In this document: one piece after another, positions 28,084-41,845 of the stretch
Layout of the letters: every line of letters begins with the position of its first letter
Numbering within the stretch: position 1 is the first letter of the stretch
DNA from: Bispira polyomma
Taxonomy: Eukaryota
Length of the DNA stretch: 64,000 bases
Assembly: GCA_965649765.1 (NCBI GenBank)
Contig: OZ287749.1
Coordinates: forward strand, 21,266,001 to 21,330,000
Direction: 5' to 3'
Translations under genes and position numbers: made by a program
The notes under the pieces: generated by a model
What the model saw: only the letters and a program-made list of their open reading frames with translations
Databases searched by the model: none
What the model was told of the DNA's origin: nothing

Positions 28084-28640
28084 ATGACCAAAAAAGAGTA
28101 CCAGTGTAATGGATGTTTGGGCAAACATGAACAGCCTGTGGAAAGGCGTTGTCGGCTTAACTTGGAGCACAGCGACGCCGAGGAAGTGTCTGCAGTCGGT
28201 CCTGCTACTTCAGATGCTTTGTCGGATTTTGTGTCTGGACAGATTCTATTACAGCTCCAGGCCCTGAATAAGAAAATGGAGAGCATGGAATAATGTGAAC
28301 AGGTCACTGAGGTGTGGGTGAAAGGCATGTATAAATCTTACTTTACCTTGTACTAGTTTTGCTAATGTATCCGAAACTGTAGTTGAAGCCGTGGTCCCTT
28401 CCCTAGACTTCCTACGTAGTAATGATGATATACAGTACAGGCCCAGGTTGATCAGCGATTAGTCCAGCTGCAGCAACTCAATGAATTTACTGTACTGGAG
28501 GTAAATTAAAGTTACAGCGAGGTGTGGCTGAGGCCCCCATTAAGAAAAGTGTTGACTGGCCTCAAAATTTTGTATTGTCTGGGATCAAGAAGACTCGGCC
28601 CACGAACGATGAATTGTCTCTGGTTCAACTCATGGCCAAA
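28084..28640 (+). pseudogene. Ngaro-like gag/ORF1 remnant
   Basis: N-terminal CxxC...H.....C knuckle (CNGCLGKHEQPVERRC), a coiled coil, then VVPSLDFLRSNDDIQAQVDQRL..LQQLN..GKLKLQRG...VDWPQNFVL after removing two 5-bp duplications. Confidence 0.7.
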
Positions 28641-29329
28641 GTACAAAATGGTCCTACAAGGACATGGTGGTAGACAGGAAACGTGGTATTTCCCGGGTGT
28701 TCACTAGCAATCCTGTTGTGGGCGACATTGGGAGAAGTAGTAATTGTAAACAAAAGTTTGTCAACAAGTTAACGGGTTCCAAAGTTAGGGAACACATTTC
28801 TAAAAGGTGTAAAAAATGTACAGGGGTGCGTGTCAAGAATAATTCAACTAGTATTGTCCCTCGTTCTGCTTGTGTGAACAAAAAGGTGTGAACTCCAGAA
28901 AGGGGAACAATAGGGTGGGGATGGTGGTTTTAATTTACCTCTCCATTACAAGTTTGCGTCATTAAGCCAATGTGTGGATGACGTGGGTGCTGGGGACTGT
29001 ATCCAAAGTGTCACTTCTGTAGATCCTCCAACCTTAAGCAAAACAATGAACCATGTTGATACTGTGACCAAAATTGTGGGGGGTGGGGTGGCGGTGTGTG
29101 TTCAAGCAATAAAAAGGTGTCAAACCGCTGTGGTAAAACAAACAAAACAGACTTAACTGACTGTGATGATAAGTATGTGTTGGACATGCTTAAACGCCCT
29201 GACAAGAGATGACAATTAGAAAAGGCTAAAAAATGTGACACGTACAAGTTGTGGAATGTACAGAACCAGGAGAAATTTGGATTTATGCCATTAACGCATT
29301 GGGGTACCCCGATCAGTGACAACTCAGGT

Positions 29330-30858
29330 TACAAGTTACCTCAACATACTTTGACCCTACATCTGCGCCTTGCACTGGATGGGCACCCTAATTACAGGGG
29401 CCTCCAGCTGCCTGTTATAACCAATTGAATGCCACTGTATAGGCGGATTGCTTGCAAGAATATTGGGACTGGGAACTTTCCTTGCTAATTAAGTTTCGGT
29501 TTCCTCTTGACTGTGACAATGGACATGAGTTTAAATCGGAACTTAAAAATTATTCATCTGTTGTGCAGTACCCGGACCATGTGTACCATTATTTGCGGGA
29601 AGAATGCCAACTGGGTGCTCTGTATGGCCCTTTTGTTACACCTCCTTTTAGTCACTTGCATAACTCCCTATTCATGACTAGGGACAAGTCGAGTTTAGGT
29701 AACCTTAGTTATAATAGACCTCAGCTGGCTGGAAGGGCATTTAGTTAATGCGGCTGTGTGTCCCACCTCTTACCTAAACAAAGAGTTTCTACTCACTTAT
29801 CCATCCATTGACACCATAACCAGTCAAGTCATAGCCAAAGGCAGGGGTTCTCTGATTTTCAAAGCTGATATAAGCTGCGCCTTTAGACATGTAACCATGG
29901 ATCCTAAAGATATCAATTTATTGGGGCTATAAACATGGTTCAGCAATATTTCAGCAAATATCGGATGGCATAAGGTTTATAATAAAAGGTGAAGGTCACT
30001 ATATCATGTATTATATCAACAATCTTCTATTTTGTTCTACTGCCACAAAAATTTATGAAACCTATTATCGCTTGCAGAGCCTTATAATAGAACTAGGTCA
30101 GAAAAAGTTATGTCCTCCAGCGACTCGGGTCACTTGCTTAGGCATTGATACTGCGGAATTTACAACCTCAATACCATGTGAAAAACTCAAAAATTCAGGT
30201 TATGTGTGACGATTAGGTAGGATAGAAGTATTGTACAAAAGAGAACTCCAGTGTTTGCTGGGTTCACTACTGTATGTGTTTAAATGTGTGTAATACTCCA
30301 GATTTTTCCTTAACCATATGCTTCAGCTCCTTATAAGTAATCACAAAAGCAAGTCAATAAAAAATTCTCCTGAATTTTGCCAAGATCTGCAATGGTTCAG
30401 GTCATTTATCAAAAAGTATAATGGGGTGTCCTTTTTCCACCGTAAACCCACAACTGCTGTCATAGAGTCAGATGCTTGTCTCACAGGTATGGGAGGGGTT
30501 TATGATACACAGGTTTACACACTTCCTTTGCCTGCCAAAATGCATCACCATAATATAACTTTCCTCAAAATGTTCAACATTCTGGTTACCTTAAGGTTGT
30601 GGGCTCATCTCTGGAGAGGACATAAAATCCTCTTAAAATGTGACAACCAGGCGGTTGTGAGTGTTCTCACTCATGGTAGAACCCGTGATTCTGAATTGGT
30701 CTTATGCTATGGTAGCTAGCCATTTTGATATTGAATTGAAAGTTATTCATATTTTAGGTGAGAACAACACAACTGCTGACTTGTTGTCCAGGTCGACCAA
30801 CTCTGTCCACGACATGAACCGACTGCAAGAACCCCTGTTACTTAATGTAGACATATAA
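29330..30858 (+). pseudogene. Ngaro-like reverse transcriptase and RNase H
   Basis: YWDWELSLLIKFRFPLD, GALYGPF, LTYPSID, FKADISCAFRHV, YINN (decayed YIDD); RNase H motifs ESDACLTGMGG, LKCDNQAVV, NTTADLLSR. Confidence 0.9.
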
Positions 30859-30902
30859 TATCTAGTGTTACACAATGCTCCTTGTAGTGCTTTGTTTTTT
30901 AG

Positions 30903-31817
30903 ACATAAACCCAGTTCAACAACTGTTATACAAAAAGGCAACTGAGAAACTGCACCTGGCTTTCTGCAAGTCCACTAGAGCCTATAATGAGATGTCTTTC
31001 TGGCTTATTGTGCCTTTATGGACCTCCCAACAAGTCAGGTGAGTTCTTGCAATTTATCAGCGTCAAACCAGCGCATATGGCTAATTATCTATCTGCCATT
31101 AAGGCCAAGTCAATAGCCTATAATGTTCAAATTAATGCATTTAGTGATCCTGGTGTTGCATATTACCAGAAAGCAGTGCAAATGGCTGCCCCTCTCCATG
31201 TTAAACTGAAAAAAAATCAATGACATTCCTGCAACTTTGACATTCGTGCTACTTTGGCAAGCATTATACAAATGTGCAATACCGCATATATGGGCCTTGT
31301 CTTTAAAAGTCTTCATTTGCTCAGTTATTTTTCCTTCCTTAAATTATCCAACCTGGTTCCCAATACAGATGCTCAATTTTTTGCTCTAAAACACTTCGCA
31401 AAAGCTGATGTCATAATTCACCATCATAAAGCTGTGCTGCTTGTAAAATGGTCAAAAACCATGCAAAACAATAAACAATTAAACTCATTACTGTACCCTG
31501 TACGTACACTAAAAGGACATTTTGGCACTAACCCCTTCTGGGAAAAACTTACCTTTGTTCCAATTTAAAGTTAACAAACAGTGGATTCCCTTGACAGATT
31601 CTAGGGTTTATCTACATTTTAAGAACATTCTTACCAGGTTGCATTGGAAGATTCTGGACTCACCTTCCACGCTTTTCGTCATTCAGGTGCAACTTTTTTC
31701 AACCACAACGTTAGTGTTCAAAATATTCAAAAACATGGCACCTGGATGTTGGACTGCATGTGGACGTACGTCACTGATACTGTCGATGCTGGATATCAGG
31801 TGGCCGACTCGTTTTGA
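30903..31817 (+). pseudogene. Tyrosine recombinase (YR) of the Ngaro-like element
   Basis: NYLSAIK, FSFLKLSNLVP (catalytic R changed to K), VKWSKTMQ, HAFRHSGAT (31668), KHGTW..DCMWTY. Several frameshifts. Confidence 0.9.
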
Positions 31818-34373
31818 CAACAATTATCATCTCCCTCAACTACCTAGCCCTACTGTATTGGGGTTTGGCCGTTTCTAGACATTTTCTAGGCTTTCATATA
31901 CCTTTAAAACTTATTTCTCTGTAGCAGTAATTTCACATTTCTATTTTCACTTGCTCTTGCAACTTAGCGTGTGCTTAAATGTTAAATAGTAATTAAAAAA
32001 CTATTAGTGTTATATAAACATTACTTAAACGTCTAGAAGTATTGCTTCAACTGTTAATTAGTAATGCAAGGGTTATTTAATTGTTTCCTTAATGCATATA
32101 CAATAATTTTTATAAGGTACAGTTGTGTTCATAGTAATACAATTATCTATCTAAATTAAACTCAACCTTTGGACTTTAAGGTCACCTTTGTCATAGTAAT
32201 TTAAATTGGACAATAAATGTTCTTCATGTAAGGTGACCTTACCCAATCATTAAGCAACGCTAAAACATTTATGTTAAAGTGGCCTTAAGTCACCAAAAAA
32301 TTTCCAGTAGATAATTCTTTATATTTCTGGTGACCTTAAGTCGCCCTGTAGATAGTTTTTTAGTCTAACCTGTAGCCTAACAATGTCTCTGTTTCTGGCC
32401 CTAAAGGAATTTCAAATGTCATCCACTTTAGTCACCCATCTGAATGAATGGATAATTAAAAGAAAAATTATGTTTTCAGTGTGTGATAAGAAATTCAGTA
32501 ACCTGGGAAATGAGGGGCTTGTCAAGTGAGATTGTACCCTTGTAAATTTACTTGTTACACCCTGAAAAAAACACTATCACTTTCACTAATTCCCTTGCAC
32601 AGAAAAATATTTGTAATTCATTAGAGTACATCAAATTCATGACCAGAATAAAGTGCCACCTCTGAACAAAAGGTGCAGTGCTTTGAATGTCTAAAAGTCC
32701 TTTACCTCGTAGCTCTGAATTTGTAGAAGGTGTATTATTTCTTTCCTTTGTTGTCATCTGAATAAGTTGAAGTACAGTAATACCAGTAAATTATGGTCAC
32801 CTTACTATAGGTTAATCACATCCAGAGTTATAGTTGACTTAAAATAAAACCCTTAATTTAAGATAGCCTTAACAATTTAGTAACCACAAAATATGATAAT
32901 TAATAAACCCAATAGCTTTAATAATAATTTTTAAAGTTTAACACTCTAAGCTAATGACCAAAGACAGTTTTTGGCTTTGAAGTTATGTGAATAGGGATAC
33001 AGATTAACAACATGTTTGATCACCCTTTTACACAAAGTGTTAATAATAAGAGAGACATTATAAAAAGACCATAGTGCAGTGGCGAAAAAAACCTGACCTA
33101 AAAGCAAATAAGAGCCCTTTCTAAGGGACATTTTATATCACCAGGAATATCTGTCAAAGAAATTGGTAAGCTATTTAAGCGCTATTCTTAAAAATCTAAC
33201 TATGCCACATGTCACCCACATATCATATGTGCTTTTATGGAGTCTTCACCAAACACCTCGCATGTTGCATTGTATTAAGAGACTCTTACATTAGTACTAC
33301 AGGTCTAATAGACTGATACCTACATTACCTCAATTCATAAGATCAATACCCACCTTAACAATGGCTTTTAAAGATGATACCCCCAAATTATGGACCGATC
33401 TGCCTAAGAATCTTCACTTTCTTTTCATTGGGCACAGCAAATTGAGTAACTAAATTGCTTCTATTCTAAGTCTTTGGAAAATTGTCTTATTATATTTTGC
33501 AAGTCAAATTTGTCAGATATAGGTGAAGTACTACAATATTCTGTCTATATAGATCTCATTATCTTTTACAACTCTCAATCTTCTTTTCAAACAAATAATT
33601 AGCAGTTTTATGTGGATGATGCAGTGATTGTCAGGCAAATGTAGATTCCTGTTCAAAACATTCCCCAAATGTTGTCACAATATTACCAATATATGTACAT
33701 GCTTATTTATTTTACACAGTAAATACTATCTAAGCTTACTTGATTGTTTGACATTTTACACTATCTATACACAAATATGGAAAGTTTAATGTAGCAATAG
33801 TTACAATGATTTCCTATGGTTGTCTGGCATAAAAAAACTAATGGAGTTCATACTTACGTTTGCTATTTCTCCAAAAATATTTCCTCTAAATCTTGTAACC
33901 ATTGTTAGCATTGTTTTTTTCTTCTGTTAACTGACCTTCTTTGGTAAATTAAACAACTTGCAATTGTTTTCTAATTATATGCAAAAATATTGATTTAAAC
34001 TTTATTGTAGTCTAGATAGCTATAAAACTTTTGGCTTTCTTGGTAGTAAGCTATAGATCCTTAAAGTTTAGCATAAATTGACAGCATACAAAGAACAAGG
34101 CATATATTTTTGTCAGGTATTTCCCTCTCTGAGAAATTTATCGGACTTACTATCTGACATTTCTGTGACTGTATCAAATATATATTCTCATACTTTAAAG
34201 GGAAATTTCAAAGGTTATCATGAACCTTTATACAGTTTTATGTGTAACTTTACATTTATAACTGAGGTGTACTTACTTCAAACTAAGGACAAAAAGAATA
34301 AACAGAAATTTGCTGTCTTTGTAAGCTGTCTCTGTGTATAGGACAATTTAATAAAAGTGTTTTACCAAGTGAA

Positions 34374-34446
34374 ACAATACTATTCAACTAATTTAGGTTT
34401 GGGGTTCAGTACAATACTATTCAACTAATTTAGGTTTGGGGTTCAG
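34374..34446. repeat. Perfect tandem duplication, 36 bp x2 (period 37)
   Basis: acaatactattcaactaatttaggtttggggttcag repeated exactly. Confidence 0.95.
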
Positions 34447-37400
34447 ACGTTGGATAAATGCACAAGTATGGCCCTGAACAACATCAATTATACTATGATA
34501 TATCACTCAGCTTCAAAGTAAAACTTCACTGGCTATAGTGGCAATAATATCGAAGTTCTAGTAAAATCAGCTAATGTAAAAGAGAATATATATTATATAA
34601 ATATGACATAACACTACATCTGATAATATCGTGTATGCTAAAAAAAGATTAAGGTCAATTTTACAATTTTTTTTTTTTTAACAATTTTACAATTTTAACC
34701 CTAACCAGGACATTTTATGACTAAAAAAATATGTTGGTGAAATTATTCTGGTTAATATTAAGGTACAGTTACATAAATACAATATGAAGTTACACATCTA
34801 TAAACTATTTTACTCAACAAAAACTAGTGGTCCTTGCTACCTTAGAAAGTTGGATTTTTCACAGAAAAAGAACTAGATACTAATAGTTCCTAGCATGCAA
34901 AGTAAAGTGGTTTCTTTAACAGAATGGCACTTGATGATAAATAACACTTTATTTGTTCTTTTCTTTAACTCAGCAACAACATCAAACATACCAAATAACA
35001 AACGGAAACACAAGCTCTGTAAGTATAAAGAAAACATAGATTCCCATACAGCTCTTAGACGATTTTTATCCTACCATAAGCCATAAATAAACCTTTTCTG
35101 TGGCCCTGATGATGGTTTTTCATTGTAATCTGTCATTTTAGTCTTTTTACATGCCTAACAACTTTTAATTAGTACATGCAAAGGGTAGTGTAGAATTCCA
35201 GAAAACATTATGCTGATGATATAGCAAAATGAAACAGTAAATGTTTATGTATTGTACAGGCAATTTAAAACATACAGATGTCTTTATATCAACATATCAG
35301 TGCCCCTAGGGTATAAAATTAATAATAATAAAACAATAATAAAAAAGTGTATTTCACACTGTGCATATATCTTTTTAAAAGTTAGCTCTTGTTCAGTATT
35401 ATTTCTGGCAATTTTATTATAGTGTGTGATTTATAATGGTTGATTTTACCCTAACTAATTTGGTCTAAGGGAAAAATAGATATTCTCTAATCTACATATT
35501 TAAACACATGTTCTGTCTTAATAATAAATAATCAAGTACTGACTTAGCAAGTGCAGACTAGTAGAAAGTGAAAAAACAATTGGTTACCTGATTAAAAACC
35601 ACATTTTGAGGTGATGCACAAGGTCATTTCAGATTATAAAAGTTAAGTTCTAAAGTCAGTGTAGCATTACTAATCAAACTCGGCCTTCATGAGATGTTTA
35701 TAGCCCAATCACACCTACACGTGCTAAACCTACATGTGTGTGACGTTTTGAACTGTCTTGAAACGTGGTAGAAGGTAATGCAAAAGTAAGTATCCCTGGT
35801 GAGTTTGTTCCTTGACATTGCCTAGTGGATTATATCGTTCCAGAAACATCTCCGTTTGGTCCCCTGCAACGATTATTTCAAACTGTTTGAAATAATCATG
35901 ACAGAGCTGTCTGTTTCTCAAGAATGTCTCTACTCATCTGTATAAGTAGCATTAAGTAGCAGTAAGTAATAAAATCATCTCCAGTCGTCTATATTCAAAT
36001 TTACACAATAAATAATATTTAATAAAAAATACATGAAGTAATTTTTCATAGGACAATTGTGCCATTAAAGTCACTGGACAACCTTTAACGTGTTACAGGT
36101 TTATTTAAATTTACATTGTGAAAAGTAAATGCCATGTCTTGCTAGTCCTATTTGACCATGGTAATCAATGATTTAATGTTGCATAGCTGATAGAATCAGC
36201 ATTTTTTCCAGCAGAAAAACCTTGATTAAAATGGGATTGAAATGTGATCACTTTAAATGAGTTGAGACATTCCTTCAGTTCCAGAACACTTTTGTTTTAC
36301 ACTTATGCAGATTTTTACATTTTGGACATTGTGTAAGTTTATGTTGAATGGCTTAGTTAGTGCTTTTGAAATTCATATACTTTTTACAAAGATATTTTTT
36401 TTTTCTTATTTTTTTAAAAATATTTTGAACGGATGAAAATTTAAATACATTATAATACTTCTGTCAAAAATTTATCAGTACATACCTGGCATTGTTGTAT
36501 TTAATTAGCAAACACAGACGAAAGCCATGTTAACCTTTTGAGTGATTAATCAACAAACTCATGAAAGCTAGATTTCTCTAAACTTCTTTTAAATTATTAA
36601 ACTTTAACATTTAATATTGTGTGAAACTTCAACTTTGATAAAAATGTCACACTACTTCTGTGATCACTTCTTGGATTTTTAAAATACAAGAGTACTTTCA
36701 GTTCAAAAGTATTGTTTATAATTAATTACTGCCCTATCTACCTAAAAGCATAAAAATATCCCACCTCAATGCTAAAATAACTGTTACACCTTAGCATAAT
36801 TAATATATAAAAGTTAAGGCATTTTGACGTTTAATAACATTGTAAGTATCATAAATTGTCAAAAAACTTACAACACTGCCACTGAAAGCAGTTCATTAAA
36901 TGACTTATATAAAAAAACTCCTTCAAGTCTTCTCCAATATATCTTGGATATACTGTACAAGCCTTGTAGTAAATCAAAAGAGAACAAAGAATTTTACCTA
37001 CTGTTTTTCCCATGGAGAGAGCCACAGCTGACTGAAATGCCAAGGTACAATATTGCAATTACTCATTTAATATAAGTTCAGGGAAGACTAAAGTTGCTCA
37101 AATATCTTCTCAAGTTTGGAAGTAGACACTTCTAGTCAGAATTTTTGTCAATGCTCCCAACAATGGAAAAAACAACTGATTTATCTACTTGGTAAAATGT
37201 TTATCTTCCCAAAGTTGTAACTGTCTTTAATTTTGGCACAAAAGAATCTCTATCATAAATTTTTCAAAGTTAATCAGAACTAAACAGCTACTCAGCTTTT
37301 GCTACAGCATATTACAAGAGAAAACTAGTAAAATAAAAAAAGGGTAGTTTACACATTACTTTTTTTATCAAATCTGTTGTCTAGAATTCCTGACCAAATA

Positions 37401-37489
37401 TACCTATTATAGTCTCGTGGTCAAGGAGTCTTTATAACAACATTAATGTGATTTTGAACTTGTTTTTACAGTTCTTTGATACTGAGAAC

Positions 37490-38092
37490 AATTCAAGTTT
37501 TTTGTGAAATCTAGGCGATCAAATTCTGTGAACTCTAGGGATTCTAAAGCGACCTAAAATTTGCACTGGATGTACACTGGTCGGACTTGATTTAGGGAAA
37601 ACTTTAGCGATCGCCCCATATGCAAATTACATTCTCCACTCCCTCCTAAATCGCCTACAACTAGTTCCTTCTGCTACTCTTGCATTATTTTTACAATTGC
37701 TGCATATGTGATGGACAACACAGTAGCTTGTTGTTTGAGTTGAAAACAAATCACATTTGCTAAAGAATCAATGGCAAATCTTATAAGGCGAAGACAGGGC
37801 GAATGTTGCACACAGCCGACACCACTAGGGCGATCATTAGTCAACTGTGTGAAGCTTGCAATGGAATGTGTGGTCAACTCCACTCTGGCGATTCTACCAC
37901 TCCCCTGCTGTGACCTATTGCAGAAATTTAGTCTAAAACTAATTTGTTGCCCCTGTTTGCCCTGGCAACACACAGCATGGGCACAATAAGGGTACTCAAC
38001 AGGCATTATGAACTCTGTCAAAAATCAGTCATGTTGCGATCACCAGAGATCTACATCGTACTGAGATCTGAATTGGCAAAATTTAGGCTTAT
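37490..38092. mobile_element. Degenerate GC-richer island, probably a non-autonomous DNA transposon
   Basis: Repeated gcga(t/c)/tcgc motifs, as in Harbinger-type subterminal regions. No coding homology recognised and TIRs unclear. Confidence 0.3.
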
Positions 38093-38429
38093 TACTTTGA
38101 CATTTTACTTATGTAAAACGTCAACCGTTGTAACTTCTTATGATGAAAATGCATCTCTGTGAATTTCCTTTACCGCTTTATGAAAAGTTCATATGGTGCA
38201 TTTCTAACTAATAAATCTTTTCTATGACACTATTCAGGTTGCCATTCAGTATATATCTTGCTATATATATAATCATAATTACTTTTGTAAAGGTCGTGAT
38301 TTATGCATAATTTATGAATGTCATGAAACAAAAAGTTTTATTATATTGTGCTAATGAAAGACAGCTTTAAATGATACGAAAACAGTAAATTTCCAGAAAA
38401 TAGTGGCACTGCTTGTTTAATGAAATTAA

Positions 38430-38650
38430 AGGGGTGTCGATGGCCTAGTGGTTAAAAGAAGCTGCTTGACAATCACCGACCCCTCACCAAGGTAGGTTTT
38501 AATCCTGTTTGTTTTTTCATGTGGTAAAGTAAGTCAGCTACGTGCTATAGGTCCGTGGTTTATGATGCTTCAGGACTGTTTTTTTTCACCATTGAATCTG
38601 ACTATCGTGATATGACCTAGGCTCTTATAAAACCCAACTAAATTCAAATA
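38430..38650 (+). mobile_element. tRNA-derived SINE (same family as 4810-4986)
   Basis: A-box tggcctagtggtt, B-box-like ggttttaatcct, catgtggtaaag core, and tail ctatcgtgatatgacct...taaaacccaac. Confidence 0.7.
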
Positions 38651-41143
38651 AATTAAATTAGCCAAATAACAAACAAAGGTTATGACATGAGCCACAATCA
38701 AACACCACAAAACAGGTAACATTCTTGCTAAAGTGACATTAACAAGCACCAATTAGATTATGACTGATTTAATGTAAAGATCACTTTATATAAGATTTAA
38801 TAAAACATTAAATAAATATAAGGAATATGTCTCATATACACTTACTTACTGTTTTTGTTTCGTATTTAAGAAAGCTTTAAAGTTACTCGTTAATTTCAGA
38901 CCTATCCCGGTGTCACATGGGGATACAAAACACTCCATTGACTACACAAGGGGCCAATTTTCAGCCATTTCTTAATTAAAATAGCACACTACTTCATCGT
39001 TCAGTTAATATTTTCTAAGCTGAACATTTTTTCAAGCATTCTAGATTTCAGGGTTTTTAAACTTTCCAGGACACACAGATATTTACCTCTGTCAAGGAGG
39101 TTATGATTCTATCTGGTGGTGGTGCCATTGGATTCTTTGTTCTTTGTCACCATGATGAGACACAAACTACTGATGATTTATAGGACATTATGTGGAGGGA
39201 TGGCGTATGGGCCAAAAAATCCTACAAATTTTGGAGTGGATCTCATCAGAAGGGAAGATTCAAAAACATTTAGCACTCTTTGGCATTGGCACTGCACATG
39301 GTGCTTTGGAAAAGTTAAGAGTGCCTTTTTAGTCTAACATTGTTACCAAGCACAGCACAGAATAATAATGTTTTCATTCTAAAAAGGATGCTGCCATCTT
39401 AGAAAATATGTAAGGCCTTCATGAATAGGTTAGAAGCAATCGACCTGGCCAAACTCAGGGATATCAGATTTATTGTTATCAGGCGCATCCTGGGGCATGA
39501 GTATATATAAAGTGGCCATATAAACATTGGCGTATTTCATGTGCACACTGTGCGCCTGTATTTTTTAAGAGACACCTCTTGTTTTCTAACTATTTTCAGT
39601 GTTCCAACATGAGATCTTTTCAGGTGGTTTTATTAATCTAACATGACAAAACAAGTATTGAAGATAGACATATCACATTCTTCATTAAGATATTTACATA
39701 CAAAAATACATTTCTTTGAGTTTATACAAAACTAAGTAATCACCTATGTAAAATGCAAGTTCTGAATATTAGAATTACAGAAGCAAAGGCAGAGATGAAA
39801 ATAGAGTTTATCCTTGTTTAGAATGTCATGTGTGTAAAGTGACAGTCACAACTCATTTTTATTGGACCGGTTACTTAGTTAATATCATCTGTGTGGCATT
39901 GTATTGTTGAGTAGTATTAAAGAGAGTCACATACATCACAAGCAGGGGATATTGCTACATATTTATTTGTACCTGATATCATTGGATAAAATCACAAAGG
40001 AAATGTGCGCATGAAAACCTTCTTGCAATAGAAAGATTTGCTGATTACTTTTGAGCTATCTAAGAAATACGATCATTTTGAAATTAGTATGAAATTTAAA
40101 GTTTTACAGGTTTTTCCCAAGATGGTGTATATATATTTGTGATACAGTCAACTCATTTCTGCCAGAAATCATTTCGTATTTCAAAAGTTTGTTCATTATA
40201 TTATTATTACTATTCAAGTCCTATTTAGTATATTGTAATGTGTAACATATATGTGTTTATTTATATGTAAATGGGTCTGTGTGCATTTGAATATTACAAA
40301 AACAAGAAATGAATATCTTTAACAGCTGTAGTGGCAGCCTTCTACTCAGGGATGAAAAAATTAAATATACAAATCAAGTCTTTATGAATTATCACATAAG
40401 TATGGTTAAATTCTGTGAAATAATTGATATAACCATGTTTGACCTTCCCCTTGAATACCATGGTCTTGATTTCCCATATGAAATATTTAAACAAGTAGCA
40501 CGAGTGAAGAAACTAATCTAAAGAAAATCTGAAACTGTGCTATTCTTAGGTTCTACTTATGTTGCTGGCAGTTAAAAAGAATTTTTCAAAATGTTCTTCT
40601 TAAAAATGTCACAAAACATAAGAAATTGACCTTTATAGACCTACTTTGACCTTGACCAAGATCAAATCTGACCAGTCGCTTAGGTTTCCTTGTTCAGATT
40701 TTATTAATACTCATAAGACATTCCAAAGTTTCTGAGACCTTGGCCCTGGAGAAGATTGCCAAAGAAAGGCTATGTACTGTTTGTACAGGAATGATAAGAA
40801 ACGTGTTTTTTCAATTTGTAGACTGATATAATATTCAGATCCTGAAGCCTTGAACAAATAATATTGTCATGGCATAGAGGTAAGTCATAAAAAAAAGGAA
40901 CTGTTGTTTCGGAAAAGCTATTGATGCGGATGCAAAAACAGACATAATGCCAGTAATTCTGAATTAACATTAAAAAATTTAATGAATGTTAAAAGTAATT
41001 TTTAATGTATAAAAAATTCACTGAGGAACTAAAATTTGGGAATTCTAGTAAGCATCCTACTAGATCATAACATAGTTTAATGGTAAAAAGCTTCCTGATG
41101 AAGTATAGAAGCCAACATACCTTTTCTAAGGGTACAATCTCCA

Positions 41144-41217
41144 GGCCAGCAGAGAGGATCAAACCTGAGACCCTCTGATCCAAAGTCAAACACTCTAATC
41201 AGTAGGCCACAGAGACC
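41144..41217 (-). pseudogene. tRNA-like sequence (Gln-TTG-like), SINE head or tRNA pseudogene; paralogue at 44712-44785
   Basis: GGTC...TGGC(C/A)TA.TG.TTA.AGTG.TTGACTTTGGATCAG...GGTT(C/T)GAT...GGCC. A and B boxes are present but the stems are decayed. Confidence 0.6.
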
Positions 41218-41776
41218 ACAGTATGGAAACACGGCTTTAGTGTCTTTCTTGTTATGCAGTGAGTTGTGTCGGGAAAGGTACTATAAGACTTAAAGGCAGG
41301 AAACCATTGTCACTTGAGTGTGTTTAGTCAGTTATCTGCTCTGTGGATGGCAGCCTCCCCCTGAATACTAAACATGGGGGAGTGCAGGACCTAATGACAC
41401 ACTGTCACATCACACAATGGCAGATTGCATGGCTTAAATGGGTACCAGTCTAAATTAAACCTTGTAGAAAGATCTCCCTAAGTAAGGGAGTCAATTATTT
41501 TTGTCACTTTTAGATTACCACATACATGCATATATATTTCTTTTGGCTTCTTCTCTGTCTTATACAATGTACATGTTGAAAGCGATGTTAAAACCATATA
41601 CAATCAAATTCTTCTCTCTACTGGATGAAAGGACTAGGTGCTAATAGTTAATAAATACAATAGAACCCTATTATCCAAACTTATATTATACATATATTAA
41701 ATTTTATTAATTTTAATAAAACTTTCCACTCTCCTAGTGTTTTATATTAAAATGCTTTTTCTATTTTAAGAACTTA

Positions 41777-41845
41777 CAGTAGAACCTCTATTATCTAAAC
41801 AAATTTGTGTTCTCCCAGCAGATTCAGATAATAGAGATTCTACTG
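41777..41845. mobile_element. 69-bp MITE, Tc1/mariner-pogo type
   Basis: TA|CAGTAGAACCTCTATTATCT...AGATAATAGAGATTCTACTG|TA: ~20-bp TIR with one mismatch and a TA target duplication. Solo ends of the family lie near 41656, 42775, 45340, 49425 and 50897. Confidence 0.85.

Larger units (their letters stand above)
27844..32082 (+). mobile_element. DIRS-order (Ngaro-like) tyrosine-recombinase retrotransposon, decayed, near complete
   Basis: Order is promoter block, gag-like ORF1, RT, RNase H, YR. No methyltransferase domain or ITRs were seen. Boundaries are approximate. Confidence 0.85.

Noticed and set aside
32170-32350. Cluster of AGGTCA/GGTGACC motifs as a nuclear-receptor enhancer
   Set aside because: More simply a decayed inverted-repeat element. 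The spacing does not fit a defined response element.
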